Counted from the first letter of the stretch, positions 8,678 to 19,351 are shown. The stretch is 64,000 nucleotides of DNA from an uncultured delta proteobacterium (GCA_963737905.1 CAVTUQ010000019.1:64001-128000), one strand, 5' to 3'. Notes: generated by a model not told the origin, from the sequence alone. Program-made: numbers and translations.

Positions 8678-9970
8678 ATGATCGCCCAGGAAGAAAATGA
8701 TTTATTGACCCAGACCGGGCCACGAACTCCCTGCGGCGAGTTGATGCGCCGCTACTGGCAACCGGTCGCTCTTGTCGAAGAATTGTCCAGCGGCTCGGCT
8801 CCCAAAAAGGTGCGGATATTCAGCGAGGACCTGGTTCTCTTCCGCGACGATCAAGGTCGACCGGGATTGTTGGGCCTTCATTGTTCCCATCGCGGAACGG
8901 ATCTCAGTTATGGACGCGTCGAACACGGCGGGCTCCGCTGTCTCTATCATGGGTGGCTTTACGACGTTCGCGGGAAAGTTTTGGAACAACCGGGGGAGCC
9001 GGGTGGAGGGGCCAAGAGGGATGAAATCTGTCATCTCGCTTATCCTTGCCTTGAAGCGGGCGGAGTCATTTTTACTTACATGGGTCCGGGTGGACCCCCT
9101 TTGCTGCCTAACTACGAATTTCTCACAGTTTCGCAAGAGCAAAGGGCCGTCACAAAAATTTTCTACCAGTGCAACTATTTGCAGGGCAACGAAGGCAACA
9201 TCGACCCGGTACACCTTTCGTTTTTGCATCAATACCTCAAGGAAGCCGAAGTCAACCGGCCGCGCATCGTTCCGGGGAGCACGACAACCGACAATGCATT
9301 GCTAGGAAAAGACCTGGCGCCGACTATCGAGGTGGAAGTGACGGATTACGGCCTGCGAATTCTCACGTTGCGCGAAGCTGAATCGAATCAATCTTATCTG
9401 CGCATCACCAATTTTATCATGCCGAATCTGTCGGCCTTCGGCGGCTCGACGGTCGGTGAAGGTTACGCCGTCCACTGGCACGTGCCTGTCAATGACACGT
9501 GCCATTGGAAATACGTTTTCATGTTCAGCCGGGAAAGAGCACTTTCGCAGGATCTGCGGGATAAAAACCGGGCCGGCTTAACACCGGATTACTTTTTAAC
9601 CCAGCGAGAGGAGAACCGGTACCAACAGGACCGCCGGTCCATGAAGACGAAGACTTTCACGGGTATGGGTTTGAACTTTCAAGCGCATGATGCCTTCGCC
9701 ACGGAAAGCCAGGGCATTATCCAGGACAGAACCGCGGAACATCTGGTTTCGTCGGACAAAGCGATCGTCGCGTCGCGGAAACTTTTGCTGAACGGTATTG
9801 AAGACGTGAAACAGGGACGAGACCCGCGCCACCTGATCAGAGATCCGAAGGTAAACCGCTTCCCGCATCTCATGGTTACTTCCGAGGTCGTTCCCGGGTC
9901 GATGGACTGGAAAGAGTACGCCAAGAAGCTCATTGACGAAAAACGAGCCCCCGCTGAGCGCGCGAGCTGA
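8678..9970 (+). CDS. Rieske non-heme iron oxygenase alpha subunit (phthalate 4,5-dioxygenase/LigXa-like family)
   Basis: Rieske CSH...CLYH; mononuclear Fe motif DPVHLSFLH; DAFATESQG. Confidence 0.88.
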   Translation: MIAQEENDLLTQTGPRTPCGELMRRYWQPVALVEELSSGSAPKKVRIFSEDLVLFRDDQGRPGLLGLHCSHRGTDLSYGRVEHGGLRCLYHGWLYDVRGKVLEQPGEPGGGAKRDEICHLAYPCLEAGGVIFTYMGPGGPPLLPNYEFLTVSQEQRAVTKIFYQCNYLQGNEGNIDPVHLSFLHQYLKEAEVNRPRIVPGSTTTDNALLGKDLAPTIEVEVTDYGLRILTLREAESNQSYLRITNFIMPNLSAFGGSTVGEGYAVHWHVPVNDTCHWKYVFMFSRERALSQDLRDKNRAGLTPDYFLTQREENRYQQDRRSMKTKTFTGMGLNFQAHDAFATESQGIIQDRTAEHLVSSDKAIVASRKLLLNGIEDVKQGRDPRHLIRDPKVNRFPHLMVTSEVVPGSMDWKEYAKKLIDEKRAPAERAS

Positions 9971-10138
9971 AACCGCATACCGGCACGAAAATCTCCGCGT
10001 GCTTCACAGGATCAGTGTATGGGGCTGATGCTTCATCGTCCCAACGCTGATGTATAAGTCAAGTGGACTTAGAGTCTGAATCAACTAGAATATCTCGCGC
10101 CTAGAAGAAATTTTTGCGCATACGAGGAAGGGGGAATT

Positions 10139-11122
10139 ATGAAATTGCTGAGCAGGCTGATGTATGTCGTTCTCGCGCTCGTGGTTTTCCCCGTAAGTTC
10201 CGTTGCCGAGGAACGCTACCTGATCGGCTACGCCGGGTTCGCGGGCTTCCAAGCGTCCATGTGGGCCGTTAAGGACTTGGGCTTGCTCAAAAAGTACGGT
10301 CTCGATGGCGAAGTGGTGTTGGTTCCCGGAACCACGCGCCAGATCCAGGCGCTCGTGGGCGAAAGCATCGATTTCGCGCATGTCGATGCCGCGGGTCACA
10401 TTCGAGCCGTAATGCGAGGAGCAGATATGGTTCTGGTTGGAGGGTCGCTGAACAAGTTTCCGTTTAGTCTCGTAACACAAAGGGAGATTCGCAAACCGGC
10501 GGATCTAATCGGCAAGAAAATCGGCATCGTCGGATTTGGCGGCGCCAACGATCTGGCCGTTACTCTCCTGCTCAAAGAGTGGAAGATTCCGCGTGAAAAA
10601 GTCACGGTTCTGCAGGCGGGGGGAGGCGCGAACCGGCTTGTGGCCATGACTGCGAAAGCGCTTGATGCAACGGTGCTTTCTCACCCGGAGCTTGGCGAGG
10701 CCTTGCGCATGGGGATGAACGAGTTGGGCAACCTGAACGACTTCAAATCGGCTGATTATCCCATGACCGCCGTGGCGGTCCGTCGCGCGTTCTTGCAGAA
10801 TAACCGTGATGTCGTGAAGCGTTTCATGCGGGCCTACGCTGAAGGCACGTACCAATTCATGCACGACAAGGAGACAGGGATCAAGATTTTGCGGAACAGG
10901 CTGAAGCAGGACAACCCGACGGCGCTCGAGGAGACTTACCGTTATTTTGCTCCGCAGTTTTCTTTTCCGACGCGAGTCTCCCAAATCGGGTTGCGCAACA
11001 CGATTGAGATGATCGCGAAAGAAAATACCAAAGTAGAAACCAGTCTCGACAAATATGTCGACGAGAGTTTGCTTGACGAGTTGGAGAAGGAAGGATTCTT
11101 TAAAAAGGTCGCTGGAAAATGA
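10139..11122 (+). CDS. NMT1/THI5-type substrate-binding protein
   Basis: Signal peptide; KKYGLDGEVV, DLIGKKIG, ELEKEGFF. Confidence 0.88.
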   Translation: MKLLSRLMYVVLALVVFPVSSVAEERYLIGYAGFAGFQASMWAVKDLGLLKKYGLDGEVVLVPGTTRQIQALVGESIDFAHVDAAGHIRAVMRGADMVLVGGSLNKFPFSLVTQREIRKPADLIGKKIGIVGFGGANDLAVTLLLKEWKIPREKVTVLQAGGGANRLVAMTAKALDATVLSHPELGEALRMGMNELGNLNDFKSADYPMTAVAVRRAFLQNNRDVVKRFMRAYAEGTYQFMHDKETGIKILRNRLKQDNPTALEETYRYFAPQFSFPTRVSQIGLRNTIEMIAKENTKVETSLDKYVDESLLDELEKEGFFKKVAGK

Positions 11123-11267
11123 TCCGCGACGGTTCAAAACGTTCCATCCGTTCAAATCGTTCAAGCCGTATAATAGGTTCAACCCAGCACGGCTAACACG
11201 TTCGACGTTTTGAACTGCATGAACGATTCAAACGTTTTGAACAAGGGCCGACGAAGGAGGCCATTAC

Positions 11268-11318
11268 ATGTTCACCAAGATTCAGCACACCGCCATGGTC
11301 AGTGAAAACTTCGTAAGA
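11268..11318 (+). pseudogene. 17-codon remnant of a VOC gene N-terminus
   Basis: MFTKIQHTAMVSENFVR matches MLSRIQHAAIVSENFVR of 12441; has its own AAGGAGG RBS. Confidence 0.7.
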
Positions 11319-11327
11319 TGCAGCCAC

Positions 11328-12308
11328 ATGATAAAAACATTACTCGCCGCGGTTTCCCTTGTTCTTGTCGTGGCCGGAATTCCGGCTGCTCAGGAACGTT
11401 ACATGATCGGTTACGCAGGATTCGCGGGGTTCCAGGCCTCCATGTGGGCTGTCAAAGACCTGGGGTTGCTCAACAAGTATGGCTTGGACGGCGAGGTGGT
11501 GATGCTTCCCGGTTCGATTCGCCAGATTCAAGCGCTGGTCAGCGACAGCATTCACTTTGGGCATGTGGATGCGGCGGGTACGATTCGAGCGATCATGGGC
11601 GGCGCCGACATCGTGATGGTGGGGGCGTCGCTGAACAAGTTTCCTTTTAGCTTTGTGACCCAAAAGGAGATTCGCAAACCCGCGGACCTCGTGGGGAAGA
11701 AAATCGGTGTCGTCGGGTTCGGCAGCGCCCATGAGATGGCCATGACTCTGCTGCTTAAAGAGTGGAACATTCCGCGGCAATCGGTGGCGATCATACAAAG
11801 CGGCGGGGCTGCCAACCGGCTCATTGCGCTTTCCGCGCACTCCCTCGATGCCACCCTGCTCTCTTATCCGGAGATCGGCGAGGCGAACCGGATGGGTATG
11901 AGCGTGCTCAGTGACTTTAATGAGCTCAAGTCGGCGGACTATCCCATGACCGCCGTCGCCGTGCGCCGCGCCTTCTTGGAACAAAAACGGGATACGGTAA
12001 AGCGGTTCATGATGGCCTACGCCGAAGGAACTTACCAATTCATCGCCGACAAAGAAAAGGCCTATTTGATTTACAAACGTAGGCTAAAGCAAAACAACCC
12101 CAAAGCGCTGGAAGAGACCTATCAGTATTTTGCTCCGAAGTTTTCTTTCCCGACCCGGGTCTCTCAAAACGGCCTGCGCAACACTCTGGAATTGATCGCG
12201 AAAGAAAATCCGAAATTGGATATGAATCTCGGCAAGTATCTCGACGAAGGTATTTTAGACGAGTTGGACAAAGAGGGGTTCTTTAAGCAGATCGCGAGAA
12301 GTAATTAG
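11328..12308 (+). CDS. NMT1/THI5-type substrate-binding protein, close paralogue of 10139
   Basis: Signal peptide begins at ATG 11328; shares IGYAGFAGFQASMWAVKDLGLL and KSADYPMTAVAVRRAFL with 10139. Confidence 0.85.
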   Translation: MIKTLLAAVSLVLVVAGIPAAQERYMIGYAGFAGFQASMWAVKDLGLLNKYGLDGEVVMLPGSIRQIQALVSDSIHFGHVDAAGTIRAIMGGADIVMVGASLNKFPFSFVTQKEIRKPADLVGKKIGVVGFGSAHEMAMTLLLKEWNIPRQSVAIIQSGGAANRLIALSAHSLDATLLSYPEIGEANRMGMSVLSDFNELKSADYPMTAVAVRRAFLEQKRDTVKRFMMAYAEGTYQFIADKEKAYLIYKRRLKQNNPKALEETYQYFAPKFSFPTRVSQNGLRNTLELIAKENPKLDMNLGKYLDEGILDELDKEGFFKQIARSN

Positions 12309-12440
12309 ATTCTGTTCAAACGTTCAATCGTTCAAAGTTCAAAGCGTTGGGCAAATCACGGACCGAAAGATTTCCGAGCCGGTTTGAACAACTTGAACGG
12401 TTTGAACGTTTTGAACGAGACCGACCAAAGGGAGGCGTAG

Positions 12441-13292
12441 ATGTTAAGCCGGATTCAACATGCCGCGATCGTGAGTGAAAATTTCGTCCGCGAGGCGAAG
12501 TTTTACGAAGCGGTGCTTGGAATGAAACGGTCCAAGCCGGGCTCGGCCGAGGAAGAAAAGGCGATCCGAACCAACTACGCGGTCAGCATCAGCGACGGCT
12601 ATGTCGGCGTCACCGTAATCGGTAGAAAGCCTGGATACGTTCCTGGCCTGCATCATTTCGGCGTCGATGTCGATGATGTCGACGAAGCCATTCGCCGGAT
12701 CAAGAAAAACTATCCCGACGTCGCGGTACTCAAGCGGCCGTCGAACCGGCCCTTCGCGAGCTATGGCGCTCACGATCCGGAAGGTAACTACTTCGATCTC
12801 ACTCAGGAAGGCATGGACAACCGTAGAGATGTCTACGCGGTTCGGCCGGGTTCACCGCAAGGCGAGCAGCAACGGGAGCAGCCAAGGCGCATCCATCATA
12901 TTAAGCTGCGGGTGATGAAACCAACCGTGGTTGCCGCTTTCTACCGCGATCTATTCGATTTGAAGGAAGAAGAAAAAGCGCCGGAAGATCCCAACTTCTA
13001 CCTGACCGACGACAAAGTAACTTTGATCATCGCGCCGTGGAAAATGAGCGATTTCGAAGGCGCGGGGATCGACCGTCCGGGAATAGAACATGTTGGCTTC
13101 AAAGTCGAAAGCGTTCAGGCTGTCAAGAAAGAACTAGCCGCTTTGCGCGAATCCGATCCCGAGATGCGCGAGCGGATCGTCAGCGAGCCCAAAGAAGGCG
13201 AGCGCCGTCTTAGCTTGATCGCGACGTGCCGCCACGGCCAGCATCAATTCTCCGACCCGGACGGGGTATTCATCGATATCGTGGAGAGTTAG
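12441..13292 (+). CDS. Two-domain VOC (glyoxalase/extradiol dioxygenase-like) protein
   Basis: IQHAAI, GLHHFG, DPEGNYFD; second domain IHHIK, IEHVGF, DPDGVFID. Confidence 0.85.
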   Translation: MLSRIQHAAIVSENFVREAKFYEAVLGMKRSKPGSAEEEKAIRTNYAVSISDGYVGVTVIGRKPGYVPGLHHFGVDVDDVDEAIRRIKKNYPDVAVLKRPSNRPFASYGAHDPEGNYFDLTQEGMDNRRDVYAVRPGSPQGEQQREQPRRIHHIKLRVMKPTVVAAFYRDLFDLKEEEKAPEDPNFYLTDDKVTLIIAPWKMSDFEGAGIDRPGIEHVGFKVESVQAVKKELAALRESDPEMRERIVSEPKEGERRLSLIATCRHGQHQFSDPDGVFIDIVES

Positions 13293-13386
13293 AAGGCGCA
13301 GTTCTTACCGTGCTGCGCGGTGCTCCGTGTCATTTCGACCGGAGGGAGAAATCTTTTCCCGCCGCGCTGGAGTGGCGGTCAACGAG

Positions 13387-14487
13387 TTACGACATCTCGA
13401 ACGGTATCCCCGTTTTTTTCGAGATGTCCAACAAATCATTCACCACTGGTTTGATCAGGGGAATTCCTTCTTTGCTACGAATCGCCTCGGCTTCTCTTTC
13501 CGGATCGCCGGGGATGAGTGGGCCGTTGGTTCCGGGAGCGGGTTTGGTGTTGCGGAAGACGTGAATCCAGTCGTCGATCTGTCTCTTGAATTCGTTTTTG
13601 TCGATGAAACCGTCGATTTGCATGGCCCCAAAGAAGTGACCGATGCCTTTGCCGACGCTACGCTCGGGGATCTCTTGTCTGAGGGCGAAGGGTGGCGCGA
13701 AGGGTCCCCAGTTGGCGCCGCTGAGAACGCAGCACAGGATGTCGACCATAGAGGCGAGACCATAGCCTTTGTGCCCGCCCATTTCTCTTTCGGAGCCAAG
13801 CGGAAGTTGAGCCCCGCCGTCGATCATATCGTGCGGAGTCGTGGTGTCACGGCCGGCTTTGTCGATGATCCAGCCCTTTGGAATTTGTTCCTTTTTCCGC
13901 AGGGCGATTTCGATTTTGCCGTAGGCCACGGCGCTGGTGGCCATGTCGATGACAATCGGCGGCTCTTTGTCGCCTGGAAAGGCGATGGCGATCGGGTTGG
14001 TGCCGAGCATTCTTTCCGCACCCCACAGTGGCGCGACCAATTTCGTTGAGTTGGTCATGGCCCAACCAATCAGATCCCTTTCGAGCGCTTGCAAAGGATA
14101 ATAGCCCGCGAATCCGAAATGGTTCGTATTGCAAACACTTACCCAACCCGAGCCAAACTTCTCCGCCTTGTCCATGGCGATCTCATTCGCCTTCGGGCCG
14201 ACCACGAGGCCTAAACCATTGTCTCCATCGATGGTTGCCACGCTGGCTTTTTCCCGGACGATCTTGATATTGGGCTTGGGATTGATTCGCCCTAGCTCCA
14301 GCATGTCGAAGTAAGTGTGCAGCCTCGCCACGCCGTGGGAATCGATGCCTCTTAGATCCGACTTCGCCAAGACCTCGGCGGCTTGTCTGGCGTCCGCTTC
14401 GGGGACGCCGAAATAGGTGAACACGGCGGCGGAGAAGTCCGAAAGATAGTCTCCGGGAAAAAGATGAAATTCAGCTTCTAAACTCAT
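13387..14487 (-). CDS. Ldh_2 family oxidoreductase (malate/L-lactate/L-sulfolactate dehydrogenase type 2)
   Basis: DLRGIDSHG, NTNHFG, GTNPIA, DMATS, GGHKGYGL. Confidence 0.9.
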   Translation of the reverse strand: MSLEAEFHLFPGDYLSDFSAAVFTYFGVPEADARQAAEVLAKSDLRGIDSHGVARLHTYFDMLELGRINPKPNIKIVREKASVATIDGDNGLGLVVGPKANEIAMDKAEKFGSGWVSVCNTNHFGFAGYYPLQALERDLIGWAMTNSTKLVAPLWGAERMLGTNPIAIAFPGDKEPPIVIDMATSAVAYGKIEIALRKKEQIPKGWIIDKAGRDTTTPHDMIDGGAQLPLGSEREMGGHKGYGLASMVDILCCVLSGANWGPFAPPFALRQEIPERSVGKGIGHFFGAMQIDGFIDKNEFKRQIDDWIHVFRNTKPAPGTNGPLIPGDPEREAEAIRSKEGIPLIKPVVNDLLDISKKTGIPFEMS

Positions 14488-14531
14488 AACATCGATCTCC
14501 CAATCGGGCCGGAGAAACCTTCTGAGGGAGG

Positions 14532-15568
14532 CTATCGGATCGGGTGCCTGACTGTCAATGTATTAGGAAGTCGGAATTGGAATAGCAGGGTTCGCTGTAA
14601 CGGGTGATAGTTGTCGTCTGAGACGATGTAAATGATCGTTCCGTTACGCTGATCTTCTTGGACAGCGACGCCCTCGAAATTGTCGACTTCGAGAGGATAT
14701 TCGAGTTTTATCAGTTCCTCGCCGACGAGCTTGGATCCGGGTTGAATAGTTGTCGCCCGGACCAATTTCAGCCGCGCCGACAGGATCCCCAACGGAACGT
14801 AGCGACGCTCGAGAACAATCACATCACCATTGCTCAATGCCGCGCAATCCGTCACTCGAAATCCCTCGGAAGGTAGATAAGAAAGCTCGAAAAAACGTTC
14901 ACTTTCGATCAACCAGCCTTTGAAGCTTCCATCCCGATTCTGGAACTCCTCGGTCAAGGCCAGCAGGCGACCATCCGAAAAAGCGGCAATCCCCTCCATT
15001 CCGCCGTTGCTGGGAGCTTTCCCGACGTCAGCCGGGGTGAGCACTGGTGCGGGCAAAGAACGGAAAGTAATAGGAGGCGGAGGATAACGCCAGATTCGAT
15101 GGACCTGCTCGAAAGCTACCAGAAAGGAACCATCTGGAGCGCGTGCCAAAGCTTCGGCATCATGCAGTGGATTGCGTTACCGGCGCACCGGTCGTGGACC
15201 GGATGCGGTTGGATGACCCAGTCGCGTGAGATCCAGCAGTTGGCCTCCGAATCTACGATCATTTGCGCCGAAACCCAGTAGCCTGCATCCGAGACCCCGT
15301 ACAATCTCCCGTCTGCTCCAATCGTCAATCCGGATAGTCCGCCAAAACGCGGGTCGCGTGAGCGCAATTGAAAACCGCTCAAAAATTCGAGACGGCCAAA
15401 TTCTCTCTGCTGAGGATTCCTGGCATCGAGTTCGATGGGGAGCAATTCGACGAGCTGCGGATTCGGACCGGCCTGGCCGGCGGTGTGCCAGCTGCAAGAA
15501 ACCGACAAAAGAAACAGAGCCAAAGCGAGCGAAACGGAGATCACAGCGCGAATCACGAAGCGTTCCAC
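14532..15568 (-). pseudogene. Esterase-like activity of phytase family protein, split by frameshift(s) near 15150-15260
   Basis: N-part FGGLSGL..VSDAG in ORF 15116-15568; C-part NGGMEG, DNFEG, VSDDNY in ORF 14532-15149. Confidence 0.7.
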
Positions 15569-15743
15569 GAGCGGATCGAGATATGCGAGATAATGGCACC
15601 GTATAACATCCGACTCAAGCCTAAAGATCGCGCCGCGCGGCTTGACAGAGGTCAGATGGCCGTTATAGGCAGAGTATGGCGTCGGTCGGGTCTTTGCGTT
15701 TCGTAAAATGAACTATGTTTTTATCGCATGAGGCGCGAACATA

Positions 15744-17978
15744 ATGATCCTGGAACAGCATAAGTTTTCAATTATCGGCAACTCCGTCCATCGCGTCGAT
15801 GGTGTTGATAAGGTCACGGGCAAGGCGAAGTACGTTGCCGATCTGATCATTCCTGGAATGAGCGAAGGCAAGTTTCTGCGCAGCCCTTACGCCCATGCGC
15901 GCATCCGCTCCATCGGCACAACTGAAGCTGAAGCCATGCCGGGTGTGTTCGCGGTAGTTACGAGCAAAGACTTTACGGATATCAGCCCCTACATGGGGCG
16001 CGGCAAGAGCAAAGATCACCCGATCATCGCATTGGATCGGGCGATCTTTGCCGGCCAGCCGGTGGCGGCGGTTGCCGCGGTGGACCGGGCGACCGCGGAA
16101 GAGGCGTTGAGCAAGATCAACGTCGTTTACGAAGAGCTTCCGGCTGTGATCGAAGTCGAAGAGGCGATGGCTGACGGCGCGCCGTTGGTCCATTCCTTCG
16201 TGGAAAAAAACATCTGTTTCCAGACGGAGCTCGTTAAAGGGAATGTCGAAAAAGCTTTCGTCGATGCCGATGAGATCTTCGAAGATAGTTTCGAGTTCCC
16301 GATGATCTATCACTATTCGATGGAACCGCATACGTCCATCGCCCAAGTGGACGGCGACGAGATCACGATCTGGGCGTCCACGGGGCACCCGTTCGGTGTG
16401 CGCCAGGAAGTCGCGGAGGTCTTTAAAGTACCGCTCTCTAAAGTGCGGGTGCATACGAATTTCGTCGGTGCGGCCTACGGCAGTAAGTCCGGCGCGAAAA
16501 TCGAGCCCCTCGTCGTCGCGCTGGCGCGGAAAGCCCAGCGCCCGGTACGAGTAGTGCAAACTTTTTTCGAGGCGATGGTGACCTGCCGCCGTCACGCGGT
16601 CAAGTGCAAGGTCAAAACCGGAGTGAAAAAAGACGGCACCTTAGTGGCGAAACAGGCGCAAATTTTTCTCAACACCGGCGCCTATGCGGAAACGGGTCCG
16701 ACGGTTACCGGAAGGACGCTCACGCGTATTCTCGGGCCCTATCGTTATCCGAACCTGAAAATCAATGCGTACTGCATTTATACTCATACGGCGTCAGCCG
16801 CGTCGTTCCGTTCTATCGGCGGGCCGCAGACCGCGTGGGCGACCGAGTCGCAGATGGATATCATCGCCAAGAAGCTTGGGCTGGACCCGGTAGAGTTGCG
16901 CCTGAAGAATCTGGTTAAAAAAGGCGAAGAGATCCGGCCGAACTTTAGACCGCTGGATGCCGATCTCTTCAAAGGGTTCAAACTAGTCACGGACAAATTG
17001 GGTTGGGATGGTCCGGTTTCCAGGGAAGGACACGGCAGAGGAGTCGGATTTGGCACGACCGATCCCGGCGCGCCGCTTGCGTCGACATCCACAGTGCACG
17101 TGCTGGCAGATGGCAGCGTTGTGTTTATGTGCGGCACCGTGGAACTGGGTCAGGGCGCCAAGACCGTAATGAGCCAAATCGTCGCGGAAGAATTGCGCGT
17201 GCCGCTCGACCGGGTCACGATCAGGCCCATCGATACTGCGTTCACGCCGTTTGACCGCTCCACCGGTTCGAGTCGCTCGACCACCGTTATGGGCAAGGCG
17301 GTTGAGCTGGCGGGGTGCGACGCGCGCCGGCAAATCCTTGAGTTGGCTTCCGATCATTTTGAATGCCCCGACGATGCGATTACGCTTAAGGATGGCGAAG
17401 CGATCGCCGGCGGCAAGAGAATCACCTACGGCGAATTGATTAACAAGCACTTTGCGATGCAAGGCGGCGAGCTCGTCGGGACGGGTTACGCCCACAGTGG
17501 GATGGCGCCGACGCCGGCCAATCCGCTGTTTTGGGAAATCGGCATCGGCGCAGTGGAGGTCAGGGTCGACAAAGAAACCGGCCAGGTGCATGTTGAAAAG
17601 TATGTGACTGCCGCGGACGCCGGCAAGGCGCTGCATCCGCTTCAGTGCGAGGGGCAGGACGAAGGATCGGCGATGATGGGGTTCGGGCATACCTTCTATG
17701 AATCCTATCAATTCGACGGTGGGCAAATCATCAATTCGAGCCTGGTGGATTACAAAGTGCCCACCTTCGACGACGTGCCTGACGAGTTCGAATCGATCTT
17801 GATCGAAGACGCTAATGGTCCGGGACCCTATGGCGCCAAAGGTTTGGGCGAGGGCGGAATTATTCCTGTGGCCCCTGCAGTGGCAAACGCGGTGGCGTGG
17901 TGCACCGGCGCCCGAGTAAAGTCGTTGCCGCTGACGCCGGAAAAGGTCTGGCGCGCGCTGCAACAGACGAAAGACTAA
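15744..17978 (+). CDS. Xanthine dehydrogenase/CoxL family molybdopterin-binding subunit
   Basis: DKVTGKAKY, GAAYGSK, FRSIGGPQ, ELGQG, GAKGLGEGG. Confidence 0.92.
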   Translation: MILEQHKFSIIGNSVHRVDGVDKVTGKAKYVADLIIPGMSEGKFLRSPYAHARIRSIGTTEAEAMPGVFAVVTSKDFTDISPYMGRGKSKDHPIIALDRAIFAGQPVAAVAAVDRATAEEALSKINVVYEELPAVIEVEEAMADGAPLVHSFVEKNICFQTELVKGNVEKAFVDADEIFEDSFEFPMIYHYSMEPHTSIAQVDGDEITIWASTGHPFGVRQEVAEVFKVPLSKVRVHTNFVGAAYGSKSGAKIEPLVVALARKAQRPVRVVQTFFEAMVTCRRHAVKCKVKTGVKKDGTLVAKQAQIFLNTGAYAETGPTVTGRTLTRILGPYRYPNLKINAYCIYTHTASAASFRSIGGPQTAWATESQMDIIAKKLGLDPVELRLKNLVKKGEEIRPNFRPLDADLFKGFKLVTDKLGWDGPVSREGHGRGVGFGTTDPGAPLASTSTVHVLADGSVVFMCGTVELGQGAKTVMSQIVAEELRVPLDRVTIRPIDTAFTPFDRSTGSSRSTTVMGKAVELAGCDARRQILELASDHFECPDDAITLKDGEAIAGGKRITYGELINKHFAMQGGELVGTGYAHSGMAPTPANPLFWEIGIGAVEVRVDKETGQVHVEKYVTAADAGKALHPLQCEGQDEGSAMMGFGHTFYESYQFDGGQIINSSLVDYKVPTFDDVPDEFESILIEDANGPGPYGAKGLGEGGIIPVAPAVANAVAWCTGARVKSLPLTPEKVWRALQQTKD

Positions 17979-18258
17979 AGGCCGGAAAGGAAGTTTTGGA
18001 GACACCTACGCTGTGTTATTCAGCGAGACTGACCGACGAGCGAGCCTCTCCGGTCGCGGGCAATGGGCCTGTGCCTTGAGGACGCCTGCGAACTGAAGAG
18101 GCAAATCGCAGAGTAAGGAAGAAACGCGAGCCTATAGCCGAGGCCCTAGAAGTCAGCGTAGCTCTACGCTCTTGTGCCCACTCGCTCCGAGGCTCACTCG
18201 GCGGTCATGCATAGCGCGGCCTAATGTCCCACAGTAGAAACTTTGAGGTGGAAACCTT

Positions 18259-19329
18259 ATGAATCGCCTCGCGAGAAAAGCTTGGTTGTTTGTTGGGCTA
18301 ATAAACTGGTTGCTCGTCGCGGAGCTTCGTTCGGCCGAAGTGAGCGTCGAAAGCCTGCTAGCAGACATCAACCGCAAACCGGCGGAGCAGCGTTTGCAGG
18401 CTCTTTTGGAAGGCGCGAAGAAAGAAGGCATTGTCTACCATTACGGCTCGATCAATGCGCCGGATAATGATGAGCTCACGAGAGCTTTCAACAAACAGTA
18501 CCCGTTTGTGGAAGTACGCTACACGAGATTGGGCGCAGAGCAGATCGTCAATCGCGCTGTGACGGAGTATCGATCGGGAGTCCCAAGTGCCGACGTGATT
18601 TCCATGCGTGGAACGTTTATGCCCGAGTTGTCGGAGAAGAAAATCATTGCTCGCTACAAAAGCCCCATGACGGCCTTTCTGCGCCGTGGTTTTACCGACT
18701 CGGAGGGGTTCATGGCGACGACGTTTGCCACCGGTTATGCGATGATCTTTAACGTCACCAAGGTGAAACCCACCGAGGTGCCGAAGTCCTACGATGATCT
18801 GCTGCATCCCCGATGGAAAGGAAGATTGGCGCTGGATCAGGATGCCCACGATTGGTTTGCCGGCATGATCGATCTCATGGGGGAAGAGAAGGCCGCCGGT
18901 TTCTTGAGGAGGTTGGTGACGGAGCAGGGTTTAAAACTCAAAAGAAACCATTCATTGATCACGCAGCTGACCGCGGCGGGCGAGCATGACCTGTTCATCG
19001 ACGGTTATATTCACAATGCGGTGGAATTCAAAAGCAAAGGAGCACCGGTTGATTTTGTTTTTACGAATCCAACCATCGTGAAGCCACCTTCTGTAATTGC
19101 GATCGCTTCAAGGACTGCGCGTCCTCACGCGGCGGCGTTGCTGTTGGATTATTATTTATCGAAAGAAGCGCAGGAGATCATGGCGCACAAGCAATCCCGT
19201 TGGACCACCCGCGCCGACGTCAAGTGGCTTACGGAACCAGGCACGGAGATTCATGTCGTTTCACCGATCAAGTGGGGCCGCCGCTACAACGACGTGGTGA
19301 AGTTGTTCAGGAAAACCACTGCTCAATAG
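18259..19329 (+). CDS. Extracellular solute-binding protein (AfuA/TbpA-like)
   Basis: Signal peptide; GAKKEG, PKSYDDLLHPRWKG, HAAALLLDYYLSKEAQ. Confidence 0.85.
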   Translation: MNRLARKAWLFVGLINWLLVAELRSAEVSVESLLADINRKPAEQRLQALLEGAKKEGIVYHYGSINAPDNDELTRAFNKQYPFVEVRYTRLGAEQIVNRAVTEYRSGVPSADVISMRGTFMPELSEKKIIARYKSPMTAFLRRGFTDSEGFMATTFATGYAMIFNVTKVKPTEVPKSYDDLLHPRWKGRLALDQDAHDWFAGMIDLMGEEKAAGFLRRLVTEQGLKLKRNHSLITQLTAAGEHDLFIDGYIHNAVEFKSKGAPVDFVFTNPTIVKPPSVIAIASRTARPHAAALLLDYYLSKEAQEIMAHKQSRWTTRADVKWLTEPGTEIHVVSPIKWGRRYNDVVKLFRKTTAQ

Positions 19330-19351
19330 CCGCTGCTAAAGGAGAGGCCGA

